From an uncultured virus (IMG/VR IMGVR_UViG_3300020500_000003) (taxonomy: Duplodnaviria > Heunggongvirae > Uroviricota > Caudoviricetes), in IMG/VR virus record IMGVR_UViG_3300020500_000003: a stretch of 20,000 nt of DNA. One strand, 5' to 3'. Shown here in pieces: positions 1 to 7,566 of this stretch. A program made the position numbers and the translations under genes. The notes under the pieces are model-generated. The model was not told where the DNA came from and ran no database searches. It was given only the letters and a program-made list of their open reading frames with translations. The stretch's first letter is position 1; every line of letters starts with the position of its first letter.

Positions 1-2
1 GT

Positions 3-3000
3 TATCCTATACCTCAAGGTTTTACACCAATAGGTAAAGTTTATATTGGTAATGATGAAACATTATTGTTTTTATGTTCAACTAATGGTGATTCAATGTT
101 AGCAATAGTTGATAGAGAATGTAATTTTTCTATTCAAGTAAGTGATGTAAATCAAACTGAAAAATTTGGATTTAAAATAAGTCAGCAAATTGATGCAACT
201 TTTAGATTGAGAAAAGGTTGTGAAAGAGTTATATATTGGATTGACCCTAAACCAAGAATATTTATATTAGAAAAACCAGAAAAGTTTCAAGATAATAATA
301 CAGGAGATTGGGATATTTCAAAATTCAATTTATTTAAAATTTATAAAACAATACCTAATTTTGATGAAATTGAAGTATTAAATAATGGAGGTAACTTATT
401 ATCAGGCAGTTATAATTTTTCTATTCAATATTTAGATGAGGATTTGAATCCTACAGAATTTATAACAAGTAGTGAAACAGTTCAAGTATATAATAGTGAT
501 TTTACATTACCTTTTAAAGATATAAGAGGTTCTACAAATACAGTAACAGAATATCAAAATTTTGGAAGGTCAGATAAAGCTATAAAAGTAGTATTATCTA
601 ATTTAGATGAAACTTTTCCTTTCTATAGATTAGCTATTACAGAAGCTACAGGTGGTACAGGACAAATTACTGATACTAAATTTACACAAGAAATTTCTAC
701 TCAAAATAATGTGTTTACATATACAGGAAATAATTTTGAATCTTCTGGTACACAATCAGATGTATTAGTATTTAAAAATATTATAGAGAAAGCAGAAAGT
801 ATTGAACAAGTAGAAAATACATTATTATTAGGAAATGTAAAAGGTAAAGAAGTAAATTTATGTAATCTACAAAAATATGCCAGTAAAATCTGTGCTGATA
901 TGGTTACAAAAAAAGTAGCTTTAAATAACTTAATAGAGGGTAATAGTAAACATGCTTCTGTTAATTTAGAAGGATTAGGTTACATGCCAGGAGAAATATA
1001 TTCTTTTGGTATTGTATATATATTTGATGATAATACTTTAACTCCTGTTTATCATATACCAGGAAAAAGCAATTTGATTGCAGCAGATACTATATTTGAT
1101 GCTGGTCAAAACATATATCCTATGGCACTTAATAACACAAGTGCTGATAATGAATATACTGATAATGATAGTTGTGGAGGAATTAATTATTGGGGAGTAG
1201 ATTCAGAAGGTACACAATTAACAGGTCAATTAGTAAGACATCATAGATTTCCATTAAGAACAGATGTTAATATACCATTAATAGAAAGAATTAGCTCAAA
1301 CTCAACAACAAATGTATTTAAAAGAATAAAGGTAAATATTGCAGGAAGTATTCCTACACCTACAACTTGTCCATTAGAAGATGAACCAGGATATGACCCA
1401 GCTTGTGTACCTATAGTTGCTAATACATTTCAGTATCAAATTAATTATACTAAAGATGGTGCAACAGAATTAAATGAATTTATAGGACAAGTTAGACCTT
1501 CTGATTATGCAAGTAGTAATCCTTCATATATAATATCTGAAAATGATTATTCTAATATAATAGTTGCTGCATTAGTAACTTTTATAACTCTTGATGAAAG
1601 TCAAGAGAATGGAGATATATTAAGAATTACTGGTACACTTTCAGGAGGAGTTTTTACAGCTACTTCTACAAATGGAGATTTATTAAGTCCTACAACAGGA
1701 TTACCTACAGGTACTATAAAACCAGGTAGAAATTTAACTTATACAATATCATTATCAAATGATGTAGTTGAAACTAAAGATGAACAATTTACTTCTGATA
1801 TTTTTGGTATTCATTTTTCTAATATAGAAATTCCTTCTGAATTGGAATTAAATGGTAATAAAATAGTAGGTTATTACATTGTAAGAAATGAAAGAATTGA
1901 AGATGAAAAAACTATATTAGATAGTGCAGTTTTAACTTCAACTATACAAAATGCACAATTTGTATCTTCTGGTTTATTGATGCCAGAATTGAGTAATGAT
2001 GCAAGAGTTAAAAAAGATATAGTAAGTTTAATTAATCCAGAGTTTAAATTCAATGATAAAAAATATAAAAATGTAACTAAAATAATTCAACAAGGTAGTT
2101 TTACAAGACATGAAGCTATTCATAGTAGAACAAAAATCATTGATGTTCAAGATGGTAATTCATATCAAAGTGGTATGAAAGATGCTGAAAATGGTAGATT
2201 TCAAGGTAATGGTAATAATGGTCCTGATGGATTTCTATTACAAATAAAAACAAGAGATAATATTACTGATTTTGCAAATAAAAATTCTTTTGAAATTGAT
2301 GCTTCAAAAATCAAAGAAATATTTTATTTACCAGCTTTAGGAGATAAATTAATACAGGATTCAAATGATGTAGGTGTAGATGTATTTAATCTTGGTTGTG
2401 ATAACAAAGTAGGTATAATGTCATTAAATGAAAATATTACCTTTCCTATTGTAAATGATGTACCTTATGTGTATTTGATAAAAGATAATGCTAATCCATA
2501 TAATAATTTTAGATTAACACCTTATTACAAAGAAACAAAAAATCCTATATATTTTACTTCCACAGAATCAAAATGTGATGTATTTAATGGGGATAGTTAT
2601 ATAACACCTTTGAGATATACAAATAGTATATTTTATAATAATAGATTAAGAAAAAGAGCTGCTAAAACTTCTGTATGGAATTATATAGTAGCAGGATTAC
2701 TTGTTATAGTTGCTGTAGTAATTGCTATCTTTACTTGGGGAGCAGGAACAGCAGGAAGTATAGCTTTAATTGGTGTAGCAGCAGCTATGGTAGGTGGAGC
2801 AGCAGCACTTGTAGCTTCTGGTATAAAACAAGATGCTTGGGCAAGAGCATATAGTGATTTATATGATAAAGGTTTAAGAGAAACAATAGTAGATAATTAT
2901 ATTCTATATGATTCAGACCCTAATAATGGAGAACAAAGAGGTTTTGCTAAAAATCCACCAGATGATGAAATTCAATGGTTAGGAGAATGTTTAAATTTAT

Positions 3001-5726
3001 GGTTTGAATCTAATGTAAATATGAATTTAAGACAAGGTGCTACTGATAATACACCTGACTTTCTTAATGCTCCTGGTAATAGAGAATTAGGAACTTCTTA
3101 TGGAGAATGGGATGAAGAATACTTTGGAATACATTCAGTTGGTTCAAGAGAAATTGCTCCTACAAATTCTTTAGATATTCACATGGTTAAAAAATTAACT
3201 TATTTAAATAGTGGTAGAAAAGGAGGTAAATCATATATAGGATTAGCATTAGCTGAAATATATCAAATCAATCAAGATTATAAAAGAAGAAACAAAGAAA
3301 AAATATATAACCATTTACCATTAGAATATGATTGCTGTTCAGATTGTACTGAAACTTTTCCTCATAGACTACATTGGTCTCAACAAGCATTTCAAGAAGA
3401 ATTAACAGATAATTTTAGAAACTTTTTACCAAACAATTATAAAGATATTGAAGGAGAAACAGGAGTAATAACTGATTTATTCAGAATACAAAATAATCTT
3501 TATATTCATACAGAAGAAGCATTATGGCATCAACCACAAAATTTTCAAGAAAGAGTAACAGATAATATCATTTCTTTCATTGGAACAGGAGAATATTTTA
3601 ATATACCACCAAGAAAAATTGTTGATGATAATAATAGTTCTTCTGGTAATACTCATAAATGGGGTAGATTGAAAACAAAAAATGGAGTATTGTTTCCTTG
3701 TCATAAAGAGAAAAAATGGTACTTGTTTAATGGGCAATCTCTTCAACCAATTTCTGATACATACAACTCTAATTATTTTAGAGAAAATATGAAATTTAGA
3801 ATGGCTGAAAGTTATTATAATGCTAATCATATTAATTATCCATATAATAATAATCCATCAAATCCTATTGGTGTTGGTTATATATCTACTTATGATACTA
3901 AAAAAGAAAGATTGATTATAACTAAAAAAGATTTTGATATTGCTGGTTTACCTGATGGAGATTATCAATTATGCAATGAAGGTTTAGGAACAGTAATATT
4001 TCCTAACTTGTCTCAAATTATTGCTAATAGATTAGCTAATGGTTGGAATTATATTGGTGTAGAGAATTGTAAATTAAAATTTGAAAAAACAGTAATAGAA
4101 ACAAGAATAGAAATAAGAACAATAACTACTAATGTTCCTAATAATAGTGATATAGTTATACAGTTTGATAGGTCTGGTAGTTTTGGTAATGCAGGAGTTG
4201 CTAATGTCAAAGTAGCTGTATTAGCTTGGTTTACTCAATTTAAAATTGATAATCCAACATTTACAGGAAGATTGATTTATGTTTTAGCTGTTGAAAGATG
4301 TAGTGGTCAAGCATGGTTGAGTGTATTAAGATGGTTACAAAACAGTCAGCAAATATTTTTAGTAGATAATTCAGCAAATCCTTTAGTTGGTGTAGAAACA
4401 CCAATAACTAATTTTAATACTATAAGTAGAAACATAATCATAGTTTCTACTGTAAATGAAGCAGCTATTAATAATTGTGGAGGTACTGGGGAATATCATA
4501 CAAGTGGTATTAGTAATCCTACAGATGCTCCTTCTACAGAATATATTAATGATTTTAATGATTACAATACAAGATATGATGCATTAATTGCTGCTGGATA
4601 TAGTATTCATGGATTACAATACCCTATTGTTTATACAAGTATTCCTGGTCCTACAAGAGGTATGTTACAACATAGTATATCTGCTATTACAGGTAGAACA
4701 TTAAATGCAACGGAATTAGCTTTTTTAACAGCTAATATTAATCCTTTTGTTCCAACAGGAGATTATGCTTTATTATTAACAGCATTAGCAGGAGTAAATC
4801 CATATCCATCAGGTTTAAGTCAAAGAAATTGGCAATATAAACATACAAGGGGTTGGGATGGTACTGGAGATATAATTACTCCTTTACAATTTGCTACCGA
4901 TATAAATGGTTTTCTTGGAAGTTTAACTACAACAACACAAGTTGAAGTAGAAGTACAAGTACCAGTAATGACTTATGAATATGAGAATGGTATTCCATTA
5001 GAAACTAATTTATTAAACAATAGTTTTACAATGAGTTATTCATTGAAAGATACAAAATGGATTTCTTGGCATTCATATTTACCAAGTTTCTATATGCATG
5101 TTCAAGAGAAGTTTTATTCTTGGAGAGAAGGTTTATCAAATATTTGGAGACATGGTAGAAAGAATCATTATCAGAATTTCTATGGAGAAAGACATCCTTT
5201 TATAATAGAGTATGTTGATAATTCAAATGCTTTGATTAGTAAAATATATGATGCAATCAAATTTCAAACAGAAGCAAAACAGTATGATATTGCTACAGAT
5301 AGTTATGTTGATAAAAGATATATAACTTTTAATAAAGTGATGGCTTATAATACCCATCAAATAAGTGGTATTCTTGATATGCTGGTAAAAGATGTTGATT
5401 TAGAATATATGAACAATCAAGTAGAAAATTCAGCAGGATTTATTAATCTTGATAGAAATGAAAGAGATTGGTGCATTAATGATTTAAGAGATTTGTCTGT
5501 AAATCCTAATGTATCTATATTCAATAAAAACTTAACAAGTTTACAAGCAGATTATTTTATAGATAAAATAGTTAATAGTAATAGAATTGACTATAATAAA
5601 GATTGGACTGAAATGGAAAGTTTTAGAGATAAATTCTTGGTGGTTAGATTGATATTTGATACCTTTGACACCACAAGATTAATTATGAACTTCTCTGTAC
5701 AGGATTCAAAAGTATCTGAAAGATAG
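3..5726 (+). CDS. crAss-like phage muzzle / tail stabilisation (P22 gp10-like) protein, 5'-partial, >=1907 aa, with inserted domains
   Basis: The frame is open from position 3 (YPIPQGFTPIGKVYIGNDETLLFLC...), so the TTG at 66 is not the true start. It ends at TAG 5724-5726, followed by TAA. Blocks I recall from crAss-like muzzle proteins: GSYNFSIQYLDED, LGYMPGEIYSFGIVY..PVYHIPG, VRHHRFP, IVGYYIVR, FNGDSYI, FPHRLHWS, YDTKKERLIITKKD, SFTMSYS..WISWHSYLP, FYG..HPFIIEYV, WCINDLRD. It lies directly upstream of the cargo and RNAP genes, as in crAss001 (muzzle gp44, cargo gp45). Confidence 0.8.
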   Translation, partial: YPIPQGFTPIGKVYIGNDETLLFLCSTNGDSMLAIVDRECNFSIQVSDVNQTEKFGFKISQQIDATFRLRKGCERVIYWIDPKPRIFILEKPEKFQDNNTGDWDISKFNLFKIYKTIPNFDEIEVLNNGGNLLSGSYNFSIQYLDEDLNPTEFITSSETVQVYNSDFTLPFKDIRGSTNTVTEYQNFGRSDKAIKVVLSNLDETFPFYRLAITEATGGTGQITDTKFTQEISTQNNVFTYTGNNFESSGTQSDVLVFKNIIEKAESIEQVENTLLLGNVKGKEVNLCNLQKYASKICADMVTKKVALNNLIEGNSKHASVNLEGLGYMPGEIYSFGIVYIFDDNTLTPVYHIPGKSNLIAADTIFDAGQNIYPMALNNTSADNEYTDNDSCGGINYWGVDSEGTQLTGQLVRHHRFPLRTDVNIPLIERISSNSTTNVFKRIKVNIAGSIPTPTTCPLEDEPGYDPACVPIVANTFQYQINYTKDGATELNEFIGQVRPSDYASSNPSYIISENDYSNIIVAALVTFITLDESQENGDILRITGTLSGGVFTATSTNGDLLSPTTGLPTGTIKPGRNLTYTISLSNDVVETKDEQFTSDIFGIHFSNIEIPSELELNGNKIVGYYIVRNERIEDEKTILDSAVLTSTIQNAQFVSSGLLMPELSNDARVKKDIVSLINPEFKFNDKKYKNVTKIIQQGSFTRHEAIHSRTKIIDVQDGNSYQSGMKDAENGRFQGNGNNGPDGFLLQIKTRDNITDFANKNSFEIDASKIKEIFYLPALGDKLIQDSNDVGVDVFNLGCDNKVGIMSLNENITFPIVNDVPYVYLIKDNANPYNNFRLTPYYKETKNPIYFTSTESKCDVFNGDSYITPLRYTNSIFYNNRLRKRAAKTSVWNYIVAGLLVIVAVVIAIFTWGAGTAGSIALIGVAAAMVGGAAALVASGIKQDAWARAYSDLYDKGLRETIVDNYILYDSDPNNGEQRGFAKNPPDDEIQWLGECLNLWFESNVNMNLRQGATDNTPDFLNAPGNRELGTSYGEWDEEYFGIHSVGSREIAPTNSLDIHMVKKLTYLNSGRKGGKSYIGLALAEIYQINQDYKRRNKEKIYNHLPLEYDCCSDCTETFPHRLHWSQQAFQEELTDNFRNFLPNNYKDIEGETGVITDLFRIQNNLYIHTEEALWHQPQNFQERVTDNIISFIGTGEYFNIPPRKIVDDNNSSSGNTHKWGRLKTKNGVLFPCHKEKKWYLFNGQSLQPISDTYNSNYFRENMKFRMAESYYNANHINYPYNNNPSNPIGVGYISTYDTKKERLIITKKDFDIAGLPDGDYQLCNEGLGTVIFPNLSQIIANRLANGWNYIGVENCKLKFEKTVIETRIEIRTITTNVPNNSDIVIQFDRSGSFGNAGVANVKVAVLAWFTQFKIDNPTFTGRLIYVLAVERCSGQAWLSVLRWLQNSQQIFLVDNSANPLVGVETPITNFNTISRNIIIVSTVNEAAINNCGGTGEYHTSGISNPTDAPSTEYINDFNDYNTRYDALIAAGYSIHGLQYPIVYTSIPGPTRGMLQHSISAITGRTLNATELAFLTANINPFVPTGDYALLLTALAGVNPYPSGLSQRNWQYKHTRGWDGTGDIITPLQFATDINGFLGSLTTTTQVEVEVQVPVMTYEYENGIPLETNLLNNSFTMSYSLKDTKWISWHSYLPSFYMHVQEKFYSWREGLSNIWRHGRKNHYQNFYGERHPFIIEYVDNSNALISKIYDAIKFQTEAKQYDIATDSYVDKRYITFNKVMAYNTHQISGILDMLVKDVDLEYMNNQVENSAGFINLDRNERDWCINDLRDLSVNPNVSIFNKNLTSLQADYFIDKIVNSNRIDYNKDWTEMESFRDKFLVVRLIFDTFDTTRLIMNFSVQDSKVSER
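2685..2823 (+). other. Hydrophobic double-helix (membrane hairpin) segment within the muzzle protein
   Basis: IVAGLLVIVAVVIAIFTWGAGTAGSIALIGVAAAMVGGAAALVASG is about 46 uncharged residues, preceded by basic RLRKRAAK. Confidence 0.8.
4146..4920 (+). other. von Willebrand factor A (vWA)-like domain inserted in the muzzle protein
   Basis: SDIVIQFDRSGSF is a hydrophobic strand followed by a MIDAS DxSxS motif (4167-4181), then a helix (VANVKVAVLAWF) and alternating strands and helices (RLIYVLAV, IIIVSTVNE, YSIHGLQY). Confidence 0.6.
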
Positions 5727-5735
5727 TAAATATTA

Positions 5736-5749
5736 ATTTGTAAAAAAAT
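5736..5749 (+). promoter_or_regulatory. Intergenic motif ATTTGTAAAAAAAT, copy 1 (candidate promoter or translation enhancer)
   Basis: Identical 14-mer at 9772-9785. Ends 11 nt before ATG 5761. Overlapping TTAATTTG is a one-mismatch match to the Bacteroidota -7 element TAnnTTTG. Confidence 0.45.
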
Positions 5750-5760
5750 TCATTTTCATT

Positions 5761-7563
5761 ATGAAAAAAAAATGTGCTACAAAAAAGAAATATGGTTATG
5801 GTTCAAGTGGAGTTGGTAGTAACTATATAGAAAATCCTGCTACAACTATAGCTAAAGGAGATATAATGAATGCAGAAGCAGAAAGAAAAGCTGCTAACAA
5901 TCCCTGGATTCCTATTACTTTAATGGCTGGTCAATTGGCTTCTACAGCTATTTCTGCTGGAGCAGGAAAAAGTGGTAGTGCATCAAGTAAAAGTCCTCAA
6001 ATATCAGGAGAAGGATTAGCTCCTGATGCAATACCTGCTTCTAATAATTTTAATTCAGGAACTTTTATGTCTCCACAGCAACAATCTGTATTTGAAGATA
6101 GAACTATAGCAGCTATGGGAAATAACAATGCTTCTGGTCCTATTGAAGTAGAAGGTGAAGAAGTTATTGAAACACCAGCAGGAGAAGTAGCAGAAGTCAA
6201 AGGTGCATCACATGAAGAAGGAGGAGTAGATATGAATGTTCCAGAAGGAACTAAAATATACTCTAAAAGAATTGAGAAGTTTGGTGAAACTATGGCTGAA
6301 AGAAAAAAAGTCAGAGAAAAAAAACTAACCAATCTTAATAAATTATTAGAAAATTCTAAAGGGGATATTGCTGTAAAAAATGCTCATGCAAGAAGTGTTG
6401 AAGCACTTAATGAACAAGAACAAGCTGATTTACAAACTCAAGAAATGTATGGAGTTATGGCTGCTGTACAAGAGTATGCTTTTGGTACAGATGAGAATGG
6501 TGTTAGAAAATATTGGAATGGAGGAGAAGTGGAATTTGATGAATTTGGTAATCCTATTCCAAATAAAAATATTTTCAACATTAAAAATCAAATTATTACT
6601 CCAGGTGTAGTTGGTACTGGAAAATCAGTAAATAAAAAATATGCTACTGTTGAGAATAAACCAAATTCACCATTACCAACTTTTGCTAATAACTTTGGAG
6701 AAAGTTTACCAGCAAGTAAAGATTATGGTGCAGGAGATTTTATAAAAGGATTTGATAAAGGTGAACCTGATACAATATCTTTAACTGATGAACAAGTATT
6801 AAACAAGAATGGTAAATATGATGGTTATTCTCATCCTGAATTAGCACCAGAAAAACAAACTGTAGATAAACCAGGTAGTGTAGCAAGTAGATTTATAGAT
6901 GGTGCTGGAAAATTTGTAGATAAATCAGGTTTTGAAATGCCTGGTACTGGAGATTTAGTTGGTATTGCTGGAGATTTAATATCTACATTTAGTCCAATGA
7001 AAAATACTTTAGAAAATAGAGCAGGAGATACACCTAATATAAATGCTTATAAAGATTTTGGTAAAGATGCATTAGAAGCCAATTTAGCTGCTATGGAAAT
7101 GAGTGCTGGTCAAAAAGCAGAATCATTAAGAAAAATAACAGCAAGTGCTAATGGTGCTAAAAGAATTGGTAGAAATTCAGCAAGAGGTATTAACCAAATG
7201 AGAGCATTAGATTTAGCAACTGATATAAATGCTAATGAAGCAAATCAAGGTGCTGTTGATAGTTTTCAAAGAACAATGCAAGAATTACTTGGACAAAAAG
7301 CTGGTTTAGAAAACCAACAAGACCAAGCTGTAATGAGTGGAGAACAAGAAAGAGATTTGAATGATAGAAAAGATAGAGATAATTTTTATACTCAATTAGG
7401 TAAAGATAAATCTACTATGGGAGAAGGAGTTCAAAATATTGGTAAAGATTTGAATGCTATGAAGCAAAATAAAATGATGACAAATGTTATCAATCAATTA
7501 TCTAAATATGGATTAGCTTTTGATGAAAAAGGTAATCTAATTGAAAAACCTAAAACAACATAA
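5761..7563 (+). CDS. Putative internal virion / cargo protein 1-like (crAss001 gp45-like), 600 aa
   Basis: ATG..TAA, directly downstream of the muzzle gene. Contains an EVEGEEV...VKGASHEEGGV motif, weakly hydrophobic Gly/Ala helices (WIPITLMAGQLASTAISAGAG; GDLVGIAGDLISTFS) and a Q/N/A-rich helical C-terminus typical of ejected proteins. Confidence 0.65.
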   Translation: MKKKCATKKKYGYGSSGVGSNYIENPATTIAKGDIMNAEAERKAANNPWIPITLMAGQLASTAISAGAGKSGSASSKSPQISGEGLAPDAIPASNNFNSGTFMSPQQQSVFEDRTIAAMGNNNASGPIEVEGEEVIETPAGEVAEVKGASHEEGGVDMNVPEGTKIYSKRIEKFGETMAERKKVREKKLTNLNKLLENSKGDIAVKNAHARSVEALNEQEQADLQTQEMYGVMAAVQEYAFGTDENGVRKYWNGGEVEFDEFGNPIPNKNIFNIKNQIITPGVVGTGKSVNKKYATVENKPNSPLPTFANNFGESLPASKDYGAGDFIKGFDKGEPDTISLTDEQVLNKNGKYDGYSHPELAPEKQTVDKPGSVASRFIDGAGKFVDKSGFEMPGTGDLVGIAGDLISTFSPMKNTLENRAGDTPNINAYKDFGKDALEANLAAMEMSAGQKAESLRKITASANGAKRIGRNSARGINQMRALDLATDINANEANQGAVDSFQRTMQELLGQKAGLENQQDQAVMSGEQERDLNDRKDRDNFYTQLGKDKSTMGEGVQNIGKDLNAMKQNKMMTNVINQLSKYGLAFDEKGNLIEKPKTT

Positions 7564-7566
7564 GAA

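Noticed and set aside
66..68. TTG start given by the ORF track for the first gene
   Set aside because: The frame is open and protein-like from position 3, so the true start lies upstream of the window.
5724..5729. TAG immediately followed by TAA as a hint of amber recoding, known in some crAss-like phages
   Set aside because: About 6600 codons translate without interruption in the standard code, with no internal TAG or TGA. A tandem stop alone is not evidence of recoding.
6380..6610. 76-aa overlapping + strand ORF inside the cargo gene
   Set aside because: Alternate-frame ORF rich in M/L/K as expected from shifted GAT/GAA codons, with no independent support.
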